From NCBI GenBank assembly GCA_946623205.1, contig CAMOQV010000001.1:1-42316 (forward strand): a DNA stretch of 42,316 nucleotides. Reading direction: 5' to 3'. Of the stretch, positions 23,675 to 33,599 are shown in pieces. Positions within the stretch are counted from its first letter, which is position 1; every line of letters starts with the position of its first letter. The position numbers and the translations under genes were made by a program. The DNA comes from an uncultured Clostridia bacterium (lineage in GTDB: Bacteria; Bacillota; Clostridia; Christensenellales; UBA3700). The notes beneath the pieces were generated by a model that was given only the letters and a program-made list of their open reading frames with translations, had not been told where the DNA came from and made no database searches.

Positions 23675-23703
23675 TTCACATATTATGTGAGGTATGGTAT
23701 TAT
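23675..23703 (+). promoter_or_regulatory. candidate pfl promoter
   Basis: TTCACA (23675-23680), a 17-nt spacer, then the extended -10 TGgTATTAT (23695-23703). It sits just upstream of the riboswitch. Confidence 0.5.
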
Positions 23704-23726
23704 AGTATTAGTAAATCCGAATATAT

Positions 23727-23800
23727 CTTTCTTGTAACTGACGGAATTGTGGAATACCACAGGGGAGCAAGAAAAGTTTTAGTCGACCGTCTGGGCATAT
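23727..23800 (+). promoter_or_regulatory. ZTP (pfl-motif) riboswitch aptamer
   Basis: P1 CUUG/CAAG. J1/2 ACUGACGGAA (consensus GACUGGCG). P2 GUGG-AAUA-CCAC. AGGGGAGC (consensus CCGGGGAGC). Linker, then GACCGUCUGGGCA (consensus ACCGCCUGGGCA). The pseudoknot GACGG/CCGUC is perfectly complementary, with a compensatory change relative to the consensus GGCG/CGCC. It lies directly upstream of pflB, the gene for which the motif was named. Confidence 0.8.
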
Positions 23801-23826
23801 AAGTAGCTCGGGTCGATTTTTTGTTA
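23782..23826 (+). terminator. riboswitch expression platform (attenuator terminator)
   Basis: UCGACC(GU)CUGGGC ... GCUCGGGUCGA hairpin followed by UUUUUU (23817-23822). Its 5' arm overlaps the pseudoknot/P3 strand, as expected for a transcriptional ON switch. Confidence 0.7.
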
Positions 23827-23839
23827 ATTGGAGGTATAT

Positions 23840-26065
23840 ATGGAAGCTTGGAGAGGTTTTATTGAAGGCAATTGGACAAATGAAATTGATGTTAGAAATT
23901 TCATTTCATTAAACTACACTCCTTATCTTGATGGACCAGAATTCTTGGAAGGCCCAACAGAAAGAACTAAGAGAGTGTCTAAACGTTTAGACGATTTATT
24001 AAGACAAGAATTTGAAAAAGGTGGAGTTTTAGATATTGACACACATACTGTATCTACAGTATTTGCATTCAAACCTGGATATGTAATAAAGGAAGACGAT
24101 ATTATCGTTGGGCTTCAAACTGATGCTCCACTAAAGAGAGCCATCTCTCCGTTTGCTGGTTTTAGAATGAGTGAACAAGCTTGTAAAGCTTATGGATATG
24201 AAATCGGCGAAAACATTAGAGATGAATTCAAATATAGAACAACTCATAACACTGCTGTATTTAAGGCATACACAGATGATATGAAGAGAGCTAGACACTG
24301 TGGCATCTTAACTGGTCTTCCAGATGCTTATGGAAGAGGAAGAATCATTGGCGATTATAGAAGAATTGCTCTTTATGGTATGGACTATTTAATGGAGCAA
24401 AAGAAAAAAGATAAAGCTAATCTTGGTCTAAATGAAATGACAGAAGAAAACATCCACTTAATTGAAGATGTTGCAAAGCAATTAGATTTCATGCAAGCCC
24501 TAAAAGATCAAGCTGCCCTATACGGCTTTGATATCTCAAATCCAGCAACTAATGCTAAAGAGGCTATTCAATGGTTATATTTTGGATATCTTGGTGCTGT
24601 TAAAGAACAAAATGGCGCTGCAAATTCAATCGGTAGAATTACAACATTTTTAGATATATACATTACAAGAGATCTAAAGGAAGGAACTTTAACCGAAGCT
24701 CAAGCTCAAGAATTAATTGATGACTTCGTTATTAAATTAAGATTAGTTAGACACTTAAGAACTCCAGAATACAATGAACTATTCGCTGGAGATCCTACTT
24801 GGGTTACTTCATCTGAAGGTGGTATTGGCGAAGATGGAAGACCTCTTCTAACAAAGACAAGTTATAGAATGCTTCAAACTCTATACAATTTAGGACCATC
24901 TGCTGAACCAAACATTACAATCCTTTGGTCAGAAGATTTACCAAAGCCATTTAAGGAATTCTGTGCACAAGTTTCTATCGATACAGATTCTATTCAATAT
25001 GAAAATGATGACGTTATGAGAAAGACATATGGTGACGATTATGCTATTGCTTGCTGCGTTAGTGCGATGAAGGTTGGAAAGCAAATGCAATTCTTCGGAG
25101 CTAGATGTAATTTAGCAAAAGTTTTATTAATGTCTCTAAACGGCGGTAAGGATGAGATCCATGGTATCCAAGTTGCTCCAGAAGGCAAAGTATATGACGA
25201 AGAAGTACTAAAATATGAAGATGTATTAGAATCTTTTAAATATTATGCTTCTTGGATGGCTAAATTATATGTTAATACAATGAACGTTATTCACTATATG
25301 CACGATAAATATGCATATGAAAGATTAATGATGTCTCTTCATGATACAAACGTTGAAAGATTGATGGCATTTGGCATTTCAGGTCTTTCTGTTTTGGTTG
25401 ATTCCCTATCTGCTATTAAATATGCACAAGTTACTCCAATAAAGGATGAAAGAGGTATTATTACTGAATTCAAAACTGAAGGTGAATTCCCTAAATATGG
25501 TAATGATGATGATAGAGTAGATAGAATCGCTAAGTGGGTTACAGAATTCTTCTACAATGAATTATGCAAAACAAAAGCATATAGAGGTGCTAAGCATACA
25601 TTATCTATCTTAACTATTACGTCAAACGTTATGTATGGCAAAAAGACTGGTTCTACTCCAGATGGAAGAAAAGCTGGCGAACCATTTGCGCCTGGCGCTA
25701 ACCCAATGCACGGAAGAGATTGCCAAGGAGCTCTAGCTTCACTAAACTCTGTTGCTAAGCTTGAATATAGCTGCTGCAGAGATGGTATTTCAAATACATT
25801 CTCTATCACTCCAAATACATTAGGAAAGAACAACAAAGATAGAGTTGATCACTTGGTAAGCATTCTAGATGGATACTTCATTCAAAACGCTCACCACTTA
25901 AACGTAAATGTTTTAAACAGAGAAAAGCTTATTGATGCAATGGAAAATCCATTAAAGTATCCAAACTTAACAATAAGAGTTTCTGGATATGCAGTAAACT
26001 TCAATAAATTATCTCTAGAGCAAAAGAAGGAAGTTATTTCTCGTACATTCCACGAGAAGATGTAG
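23840..26065 (+). CDS. pflB: pyruvate formate-lyase (formate C-acetyltransferase)
   Basis: Active-site [25 protein letters not shown] and glycyl-radical motif [12 protein letters not shown] chose the ATG at 23840, 5 nt after GGAGG (23830-23834), over the in-frame TTG at 23828 used by the ORF track. Confidence 0.95.
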   Translation: MEAWRGFIEGNWTNEIDVRNFISLNYTPYLDGPEFLEGPTERTKRVSKRLDDLLRQEFEKGGVLDIDTHTVSTVFAFKPGYVIKEDDIIVGLQTDAPLKRAISPFAGFRMSEQACKAYGYEIGENIRDEFKYRTTHNTAVFKAYTDDMKRARHCGILTGLPDAYGRGRIIGDYRRIALYGMDYLMEQKKKDKANLGLNEMTEENIHLIEDVAKQLDFMQALKDQAALYGFDISNPATNAKEAIQWLYFGYLGAVKEQNGAANSIGRITTFLDIYITRDLKEGTLTEAQAQELIDDFVIKLRLVRHLRTPEYNELFAGDPTWVTSSEGGIGEDGRPLLTKTSYRMLQTLYNLGPSAEPNITILWSEDLPKPFKEFCAQVSIDTDSIQYENDDVMRKTYGDDYAIACCVSAMKVGKQMQFFGARCNLAKVLLMSLNGGKDEIHGIQVAPEGKVYDEEVLKYEDVLESFKYYASWMAKLYVNTMNVIHYMHDKYAYERLMMSLHDTNVERLMAFGISGLSVLVDSLSAIKYAQVTPIKDERGIITEFKTEGEFPKYGNDDDRVDRIAKWVTEFFYNELCKTKAYRGAKHTLSILTITSNVMYGKKTGSTPDGRKAGEPFAPGANPMHGRDCQGALASLNSVAKLEYSCCRDGISNTFSITPNTLGKNNKDRVDHLVSILDGYFIQNAHHLNVNVLNREKLIDAMENPLKYPNLTIRVSGYAVNFNKLSLEQKKEVISRTFHEKM

Positions 26066-26066
26066 A

Positions 26067-26777
26067 ATGAGAATACACTCTTTTGAATCACTAGCAACAT
26101 TAGATGGAGATGGCGTTAGATACGCCATCTACTTTAATGGATGCCCTCTTCGTTGTGTATATTGTCACAACCCGGACACTTGGGGCGTTTCTGGCGAAGA
26201 TTATTCAGCCGAAGACCTATTTAACAAAGTTAAAAGATATAAGCCTTATTTTGGCCAAAATGGCGGTGTAACGTTCTCTGGTGGCGAGCCATTACTTAGC
26301 GCATCATTTATAAACGAAGTTAATTCTTATTTAAAAACCGAAAATATTAAATACGCTTTAGATACATCTGGACAAGTTGATATGACAGATGATGTAAAAG
26401 AGGCAATTAATAATTCTGATTTAGTTATTCTTGATTTAAAATTTTGGGATAACGATTCTTATTATAAATACACTAGAAAAACAATGATGAAAACTATAAC
26501 TATGTTATATTACCTTGCTGCTATACAAAAACGCACTTGGATAAGAACTGTCATTGTACCTGGGATAAACGATTCAAAAGAAGTTTTAGATAAATATATA
26601 GATATAGTTAAACAATTCCCTCATGTAGAAAAATATGAGCTTTTGGGATTCCACACAATGGGCTTTTTTAAATACGAAAATCTAGGGATTGATAACCCTT
26701 TAAAAGACACTCCTGCCCTATCTCAAGACGTCTTAAAAGACCTTCAAAATTACGTTGATAATAAGTTAAAAAATTAA
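26067..26777 (+). CDS. pflA: pyruvate formate-lyase activating enzyme (radical SAM)
   Basis: CPLRCVYCHNPDTW (CxxxCxxC radical-SAM cluster) and GGVTFSGGEPLL. It starts 1 nt after the pflB stop. Confidence 0.92.
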   Translation: MRIHSFESLATLDGDGVRYAIYFNGCPLRCVYCHNPDTWGVSGEDYSAEDLFNKVKRYKPYFGQNGGVTFSGGEPLLSASFINEVNSYLKTENIKYALDTSGQVDMTDDVKEAINNSDLVILDLKFWDNDSYYKYTRKTMMKTITMLYYLAAIQKRTWIRTVIVPGINDSKEVLDKYIDIVKQFPHVEKYELLGFHTMGFFKYENLGIDNPLKDTPALSQDVLKDLQNYVDNKLKN

Positions 26778-26886
26778 CGATAAAAATTGTTCACAAACCT
26801 AACAATTTGTCTTGATTTTACTCTTTTTATTTGATATCCTTTTTTGCGGTTGAGGTTTATAAAAACTAACTAGGAGGGTTATTTAA

Positions 26887-27864
26887 ATGAGTAAGAAACT
26901 TACTAACAACATTTTATTACTTACCGTAGTTCTTGTTGTTCTAGCTTCTATCTTATTCGTTGGTTTAGCAGCAAATAATACATTTGCTTATGCCGATGAA
27001 GATGATGGAAATTTAGAATATCAAGAAGTATATGTAACTTACAACAACCAATTCAACGTTTGGGGAACAACAACAGTGATTGACATTACTGAAATCAATC
27101 GTCCTTTCGCTTCACTTGACATCAGAGTCCTAGACGGCGTTCAAAATCTATACTTTACAGATGGTGGACAAAACCTTGGATTAGTTAATTCTAAGATCGT
27201 TATCGAATCTAGAAGCACAGATATTAACATCTACATCGACGGATTTGATATTGCTGGTGCAGAAAACAATTGTACATTCATCAACAAATCAACAAAGGGA
27301 ACTGTAACATTTATTAACAATGGTACAAATCCAGTTGTTATCTCTGGTGCTACAAGAACAGGAAGTGGTAGCTTTGAAGATGGTTTAGGAATCAGCGGCG
27401 TTATCTACACAAAAGGTAACATTGCATTCTCTGGCGAAGCTGGATTCATCATCGATGGTGCTGGTTACATCTCTTCTACAACATACGGTGGCAACCTTGA
27501 CTACGGTAACACAGGTTTACAAGTTAACGGAAGCAAGAAAGTTTATGTTAACACAACTGTAGATATTATCGGCGGAAATGGCCAAAGCGGTGCTTATATC
27601 CCTGGTCTATTAGGTTTTGACGGTGGACATGGTGGTTATGCATTTGATGGTTCTTCTGCAAACATCATCATTGGAGAAGCTGGATTCTTATCATTAACAG
27701 GTGGACATGGTGGTAATGGTGCTTGCCAATATGGTAGCGGCACATTAGGCGCTGCTGGTAAAGGATGCGCAGCTTACAAGGGTTCTATCCATGTAAACGA
27801 TACATCTAAGTTCACATACGTTGCTGGAGAAGACGGAGAAGCAGGACGTTACTACAACAAATAA
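26887..27864 (+). CDS. secreted or N-terminally anchored Gly-rich hypothetical protein (possible beta-helix)
   Basis: Signal/anchor helix ILLLTVVLVVLASILFVGLAA and AGGAGG RBS. The C-terminal half has recurring units: GEAGF(I/L)..(D/T)G(A/G)G, GGHGGYAFDG and GGHGGNGA. No family recognised. Confidence 0.6.
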   Translation: MSKKLTNNILLLTVVLVVLASILFVGLAANNTFAYADEDDGNLEYQEVYVTYNNQFNVWGTTTVIDITEINRPFASLDIRVLDGVQNLYFTDGGQNLGLVNSKIVIESRSTDINIYIDGFDIAGAENNCTFINKSTKGTVTFINNGTNPVVISGATRTGSGSFEDGLGISGVIYTKGNIAFSGEAGFIIDGAGYISSTTYGGNLDYGNTGLQVNGSKKVYVNTTVDIIGGNGQSGAYIPGLLGFDGGHGGYAFDGSSANIIIGEAGFLSLTGGHGGNGACQYGSGTLGAAGKGCAAYKGSIHVNDTSKFTYVAGEDGEAGRYYNK

Positions 27865-27883
27865 TGTCTCAAGAAAACAAATT

Positions 27884-27917
27884 GAGGAGACCAAAATGAT
27901 ATGGTCTCCTCTTTTTT
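27884..27917. terminator. bidirectional intrinsic terminator between convergent genes
   Basis: GAGGAGACC-N10-GGTCTCCTC followed by TTTTTT on the plus strand. The minus-strand flank is T-rich (AATTTGTTTT). Confidence 0.8.
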
Positions 27918-27932
27918 GCTTAAAATGCTTTT

Positions 27933-30900
27933 CTATTTTTCTCGAATAGCATCTATTGGTTTTTGTCTTGCGATTCTCGCAACTGGAAGTAATGAAGAAA
28001 TGACGCTTGCAACCAATGCAACTGCAAATACCATTAATATCTCAACAAATCCTACTTTTAACAATACCAATCCTGCAATCGCTTCCCCAATCTTGTTGTT
28101 TAATACAATAGCTACCGCAATCAAAGCTGCTATAGCTAATACAAAATTGATAACAGCAATGATAGCTGATTCCGAATAGAATATCTTAAATACATCTACG
28201 CCTCTTGCACCAACAGCTCTTAAGATACCAATTTCATGACGCTTGTTATTAATAGAGATAGACATAAAGTTGTAGAACAATAACATAGAGAATGCAGCCA
28301 TTGCTATACCAACATATAAGAATATCTTTTCAAGTTCAGACAACAAAGATACCCATATCATAATTGAATTTACAAGTGGAGATTGAAGTGCATAATAGAA
28401 ATCATCATTTGTCTTATCTTTCCAGTCAATCTTATCATAAGCATCTTGCGAATCATAGTACAAAGATACAATCTTTGTTAATGCTTGTGTATTTGATGGT
28501 TTTGCCGCAAACATTCTTGAATAATTTAAATCCATTTTGCTAGCAGCAAATTCTTCTATCTCACTTCTTTGCATATAGAAGATGTAGTTTGTGTATATTG
28601 AAGAAGAACTCTCTCTTATAAACACACCAACAATTTTCTTTGCGTATTCTTGTTTTTCCTTTTGATTGTTACCCTTAGTAGTAATATATGAGAATGTTAT
28701 ATCCATATCGCTTAGGCTAAGATTACCATCAACAATAGCTTTGTTAAATCTATCAATTCTTGCTTGTTTGTATTTTAAATACCATGTGTTGTCATATTCT
28801 GAAACATCATAGTTACCATAATTATCAACAAATTGCATCATATACCAATTCATAAATTCGCGTTTTAAATTATCGTCAAATACCAAAGTCTCTTCTCTTC
28901 TATATTCTTTAAATGCATTAATCAATATTTCGTTGTCTTTGTAGTCATTATAGAACTCTTCATAATGCAATTCTGTATATTTGTTATAACTATATTCAGC
29001 AAATCTTTGGATGTTTTGTAGTGCTTTTGCATTTGGGCATTGATTAATAATTTTTGTTATTAATAATTGTTTTGCTTGTTCTGCATATGCAGCAACATCA
29101 TCCTTTATATCAGTATTATCAAAGACATTATCATAATTACCTTCATTGCTCGTCCAATTTTGTATATGATTTTTTAAGTTGTAATATACATTCATATAGA
29201 AATATTGAGCGTCTGGTTCACCGCTTGTAATAAAAGCAGGAACTTTTGCAAAATCAATTTGATAATAATTCTCACCATTAATCTCGATAGTATCAAATTC
29301 AAGAGGTGATTCTGACACAGTTTTGAATAATTGTTTTGTTATATCTCCCTCAGGTCTAGAATTCCAAATCTCTCTTTCGCGATAATAATTAAACAACTGA
29401 TTTGCTACATATGGATCAACTTTTTCTCCGTTTAACGCTTTGTAACTATTAAAATAGTTTTGAGCATATATACAATTTGTTAAACCAGATAAATCATTTC
29501 CATAGCGGAACGAGATATCATCATATACCATATTGTATGCTTGTTGCCATGATATATTCGCACTATACGGAGTTATTAATACACCATCGCTCGTAACATC
29601 GGAATAAATACCGTCAAATGTATATTCTTTCCATTCATCTATTCCTTCTTCTTGTTCATAAATCTTCAAGAAACTTACAATCCTTGCAAGATAATCCATA
29701 TCTACTAAAATTTCATTCTTTCCTAAATCTGTCTTTGCTTGATTAAAGAATGTTTTTTTAGTTTCATCAGTAAATAGTACAACATTATCTTTCCTATCTG
29801 CGCCATCTTGTTCATATTCTAGTCCGAACCATCCAGCGCCTCCCCATTCATCATTAAAGCTATAATTATTAGATTTACCAATAACGTTCTTTTCAAAATA
29901 TTCTAAAGAAACAAATGCCATACAATGAAGCCCTGTTTGTCTTGCACTTTGCAATTTGTTTGATAAATCATATAATTCTTGTGACATGCTAGAAGGATCT
30001 GCCTTCTTTAAACTATCATATGGAGATAAATCTAAATTTGTATCTATAATTCCAACTATCTTATAATAGTTGTTGCTGTTATCTCTAATATAGAACCCAA
30101 GAATGTTGTCTTCAGTTACACTTTCTGCCTCAATATATTTCGTGTATTCTTTAGCGTCTCTAATCCCATACCCTTTAAATGTATTATATGTGTCAAGAGA
30201 TATACATATTTCATTTAATCCAGTCGGATAAGTACCTCTATGTAACTTAACTCCATATTTTTGAGCCTTATCTGCATTTAGCGCAACACAGCCATAGAAT
30301 TGGCTTGAATAGTAGTAATTATTTGTTACATTCTTTACTGTGCTATTATACAAACCCGCATCAAATCGGCCAACGACATCAAAACCAACACCTGTTCGTG
30401 CTTCAACTTCTTGTTTGAAAGCTTCTCCAAACTTATTATCGCCACCCCAGCCTCCTTTAGTAAATACAATAACTTGCTCGTCAGATTTTTCAAGAGAATT
30501 CACTGTTGCTGACACTTTGTTTACTCTCGCAAACGTAACCGCAAGACCAAACATTGCAAAGGCAACAAAAGATAAAAGAATTGTCATAAATAATCTAAAT
30601 GGTTTTACTCGCAACGATTTTGCACCCATTCTAAATGCGGCGCTCATTGGGAACTTAGATTTTACAACTCTCCACTTTTCTTTCTTTTGCTCAATGAATT
30701 CATTATCTGTTTCAATAAATGATTCCTTTTGCCCATTTTCATTAATCATGGCAGCATAAGATACAGAATCATTTATTCTTGAATCAATTGAAAAATATGC
30801 ATCTTCATCTGTTGTTGCTAGTTTTTTATTAATTAAATCGATATCTTCTTTTGTAAGCTTATGACCTTTTTCGAATCTAATAAGATTAGAACCATATAAA

Positions 30901-31610
30901 GAAACGCCTGATTCTGTCTCGTCAGTATCCTCTGTTATTTTTGTAATATCTGAGATTACTTTACCATCTTTAAGTTCAATTACTCTATCGCCAAATCTCT
31001 CTGCAAAATCTCTATCGTGAGATACTATAACTACAAGCCTTGTTTTAGATAACTTCTTTAGAGTTTCAAACACTGCAAGACCGGTTGCTGAATCTAGTGC
31101 ACCTGTTGGTTCATCACCAAACAGAATCTTTGGCTCTTTTACAAGCGCACGCGCAATAGCGACTCTTTGCTTTTGACCACCAGATAATTCATTTGGTTTT
31201 CTTTTGCCAAATCCAACAAGATCTACCTCTTCCAAAATACTATTAATTATTTCATCTGTTGGCTTTTTGTGTTGTAATTCAAGCGCTAACGCAATATTCT
31301 CTCTAACCGTAAAATCACTTAAAATATTGTATTCTTGGAAAATAAAGCCTAAGTAAGTATTTCTATAACTATCCATTTCAGATGCATCGAAATTCTTTGA
31401 GGATTTTCCATTAATTACAATTTCTCCTGAATCAGCTATATCCAATCCACCCATTACGTTTAATAGCGTAGATTTACCTGAACCAGATTTACCTAGAATA
31501 AAAACAAGACCCGTGTCTGGGAACTTTAGTGATACATCATCTAAAGCTGGGACCGGGTCTGCATTCTTTATCTTATAAACCTTTTTTAGGTTTTTTACCT
31601 CTAACATCAT
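27933..31610 (-). CDS. fused ABC transporter ATPase / MacB-FtsX-type permease with very large extracytoplasmic domain (1,225 aa)
   Basis: N-terminal Walker A GKSGSGKST, signature LSGGQKQR and Walker B ILFGDEPTGALD. TM near aa ~345 (LFMTILLSFVAFAMFGLAV). About 750 aa of hydrophilic sequence. The C-terminal FtsX-like 3-TM module includes RHEIGILRAVGAR. Confidence 0.85.
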   Translation of the reverse strand: MMLEVKNLKKVYKIKNADPVPALDDVSLKFPDTGLVFILGKSGSGKSTLLNVMGGLDIADSGEIVINGKSSKNFDASEMDSYRNTYLGFIFQEYNILSDFTVRENIALALELQHKKPTDEIINSILEEVDLVGFGKRKPNELSGGQKQRVAIARALVKEPKILFGDEPTGALDSATGLAVFETLKKLSKTRLVVIVSHDRDFAERFGDRVIELKDGKVISDITKITEDTDETESGVSLYGSNLIRFEKGHKLTKEDIDLINKKLATTDEDAYFSIDSRINDSVSYAAMINENGQKESFIETDNEFIEQKKEKWRVVKSKFPMSAAFRMGAKSLRVKPFRLFMTILLSFVAFAMFGLAVTFARVNKVSATVNSLEKSDEQVIVFTKGGWGGDNKFGEAFKQEVEARTGVGFDVVGRFDAGLYNSTVKNVTNNYYYSSQFYGCVALNADKAQKYGVKLHRGTYPTGLNEICISLDTYNTFKGYGIRDAKEYTKYIEAESVTEDNILGFYIRDNSNNYYKIVGIIDTNLDLSPYDSLKKADPSSMSQELYDLSNKLQSARQTGLHCMAFVSLEYFEKNVIGKSNNYSFNDEWGGAGWFGLEYEQDGADRKDNVVLFTDETKKTFFNQAKTDLGKNEILVDMDYLARIVSFLKIYEQEEGIDEWKEYTFDGIYSDVTSDGVLITPYSANISWQQAYNMVYDDISFRYGNDLSGLTNCIYAQNYFNSYKALNGEKVDPYVANQLFNYYREREIWNSRPEGDITKQLFKTVSESPLEFDTIEINGENYYQIDFAKVPAFITSGEPDAQYFYMNVYYNLKNHIQNWTSNEGNYDNVFDNTDIKDDVAAYAEQAKQLLITKIINQCPNAKALQNIQRFAEYSYNKYTELHYEEFYNDYKDNEILINAFKEYRREETLVFDDNLKREFMNWYMMQFVDNYGNYDVSEYDNTWYLKYKQARIDRFNKAIVDGNLSLSDMDITFSYITTKGNNQKEKQEYAKKIVGVFIRESSSSIYTNYIFYMQRSEIEEFAASKMDLNYSRMFAAKPSNTQALTKIVSLYYDSQDAYDKIDWKDKTNDDFYYALQSPLVNSIMIWVSLLSELEKIFLYVGIAMAAFSMLLFYNFMSISINNKRHEIGILRAVGARGVDVFKIFYSESAIIAVINFVLAIAALIAVAIVLNNKIGEAIAGLVLLKVGFVEILMVFAVALVASVISSLLPVARIARQKPIDAIREK

Positions 31611-31692
31611 AATATAAGCCCCCTCCTAGTAGAACCCTACTATATATATAATTATAGCGTATTATAATGTTTTAGCAAAATCTGGGCATTTC

Positions 31693-31723
31693 AAAAAATG
31701 GCAATATGTGTTGAAAAATTGCC
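31693..31723 (-). terminator. intrinsic terminator after trmB
   Basis: Minus strand reads GGCAAT-N12-ATTGCC followed by A-TTTTTT. Confidence 0.5.
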
Positions 31724-31726
31724 AAA

Positions 31727-32395
31727 CTAGACGCGAACTATTGCTCTATGAATTTTCTTTCCTTCTAAAATATATTTTATCTCGTGCTCTGTTTTTATAT
31801 TATTTAAATCATTTAAAGCTTCTAAATCCCAGCACTCTTCAAGCACCGTTAAATTCTCTAATTTATATTGTTCTAGAGAATATGCAAAGAAATCTTTATC
31901 GTCTGTTTTTTGAATAATTAATCCGCCCTCTTTTAAGATATCTTTGTAGATTTTTAAAAATCTTGGGTTCGTTAAACGCTGTCTTGCATCACACTTATTT
32001 GGAAGTGGATTTGAAAAATTAAGATAGATTGTATCTATCGAATGAGGCTTAATAAATTTTTCTAAACATTCAATTCTGCAATTTAGGAATTTTAGATTCT
32101 CAAGCTTTGCTTGTCTTGCCTTATCTATGGCGCCAATAATTACATTTGAGAACATTTCAACTGCAATGAAATTTTTATCTTTAAACTTATTTGCTATTTG
32201 AATTGCAAAGCCACCAAGACCACATCCTAAATCTAAGCAAACTGGGTTTGCGTTGTTAAAGATTCTAAAATAGTCAAAGTACTCTTTGTCTTTAATGTAC
32301 TCATTTACATTAGTAAATGAACCCTCATACGCAAGCAAAAGATCGCTAGAGTTAAAAATACGTTGATCCAAATTAGATTTCTTTCTCATTCGCAT
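31727..32395 (-). CDS. trmB: tRNA (guanine46-N7)-methyltransferase
   Basis: SAM motif LDLGCGLGGFAIQIA and TrmB-type IYLNFSNPLPNKCDARQRL (compare FPDPWxKxRHxKRR). I prefer the start at the MRMRKK Met (32395), which is typical of TrmB N-termini. The ORF track extends 12 codons further, to 32431. Confidence 0.8.
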   Translation of the reverse strand: MRMRKKSNLDQRIFNSSDLLLAYEGSFTNVNEYIKDKEYFDYFRIFNNANPVCLDLGCGLGGFAIQIANKFKDKNFIAVEMFSNVIIGAIDKARQAKLENLKFLNCRIECLEKFIKPHSIDTIYLNFSNPLPNKCDARQRLTNPRFLKIYKDILKEGGLIIQKTDDKDFFAYSLEQYKLENLTVLEECWDLEALNDLNNIKTEHEIKYILEGKKIHRAIVRV

Positions 32396-32489
32396 GGCTA
32401 AATTATACTTTGAAATATCCATCAAAAACAACCAATTTTGACAATGCTTTATATGCGTGCTAAATTATATTTAAGATGGAGGGAAAGAT

Positions 32490-33530
32490 ATGGGGGTTCA
32501 ACATAACGTAACAAAAAAGCAACCTCTTTTGAATGACAAAGGCAACATCCAAGAGCCAGGCTATGCACTTAACCAAGTATGGCATTATTCAAGAGCGGAT
32601 ATTAAAGCTCCAAAATGGAGAATTAAAGAATGGGATTATTACTATATTGGCACAAAAGATTATGGCCTATGCTTGACCATTTCAGATTGTGGATATGTAG
32701 GAACAATTTCGGCATCTTTATTAGATTTTAAAAACAAAACACAAATCAACAAAACTGGCATTAAATTCTTCACTATGGGAAGGCTACAATTGCCTAATAC
32801 TCCAGACGTTGGAGATATCTATGCAAAATGCGCCCAAGCTGACTTTGCTTTTGAAAACGACGGCAAAGAAAAACATCTATCTGGTGTATTCAACAAATTC
32901 TATGATAATCTAGACCCTCTTGTATTTGATATCACCCTATATGATATCCCAAAAGACCATATGGTTATCGCTACCCCATTCAATAAAGACAAGCACTTCT
33001 ATTACAACCAAAAAACTAATCTTTTAAAAGCAAAAGGTTATTTCACTATAAAAGGTGAAGAATACTCTTTTGAAGAAAATAAAGGTCTTGCAACACTAGA
33101 TTGGGGCCGTGGTGTTTGGACGTACGATAACACATGGCTTTGGTCTTCTTGTAATGGATATTTAGAAGATGGTTCAACCTTTGGTTGGAATCTTGGTTAT
33201 GGATTTGGAGACACATCAAAAGCATCAGAAAATATGGCCTTTTTAAATGGTGTTGCATCAAAACTTGATGATGTAACATTTAACATTCCTCAAAAAGACG
33301 GAAAAGATGTTTTTATGTCTCCTTGGACATTCACCTCTCAAGATGGCAAAATAAATCTATCCTTCACTCCTATCATAGATAGATTCGATCCATTGGATTT
33401 CAAAGTTATTATGATGGTGCCTCATCAAGTCTTTGGCTATTTTAACGGCGAAATAACGCTATCTGATGGAAAAGTCATAAAGGTAAAAGACTTTTTAGGA
33501 TTTGCCGAAAAAGTTCACAATAAGTGGTAA
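32490..33530 (+). CDS. DUF2804-family protein
   Basis: 346-aa soluble protein with GGAGGG RBS. KEWDYYYI and GWNLGYGFGD match my recollection of DUF2804. Not verified. Confidence 0.5.
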   Translation: MGVQHNVTKKQPLLNDKGNIQEPGYALNQVWHYSRADIKAPKWRIKEWDYYYIGTKDYGLCLTISDCGYVGTISASLLDFKNKTQINKTGIKFFTMGRLQLPNTPDVGDIYAKCAQADFAFENDGKEKHLSGVFNKFYDNLDPLVFDITLYDIPKDHMVIATPFNKDKHFYYNQKTNLLKAKGYFTIKGEEYSFEENKGLATLDWGRGVWTYDNTWLWSSCNGYLEDGSTFGWNLGYGFGDTSKASENMAFLNGVASKLDDVTFNIPQKDGKDVFMSPWTFTSQDGKINLSFTPIIDRFDPLDFKVIMMVPHQVFGYFNGEITLSDGKVIKVKDFLGFAEKVHNKW

Positions 33531-33550
33531 TATAAAGCTCACAATAAAAT

Positions 33551-33578
33551 TCTCCAGGTGATGAGCCTGGAGATTTTT
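33551..33578. terminator. bidirectional intrinsic terminator between convergent genes
   Basis: TCTCCAGG-TGATGAG-CCTGGAGA followed by TTTTT on the plus strand. The opposite flank is A-rich. Confidence 0.75.
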
Positions 33579-33599
33579 ATTTCTATTAAAACTATTGTT

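Noticed and set aside
23828-23839. TTG starts proposed by the ORF track for pflB (23828) and hydB (41313)
   Set aside because: In both cases an ATG four codons downstream lies 5 nt after a GGAGG. The TTG itself overlaps the Shine-Dalgarno sequence.
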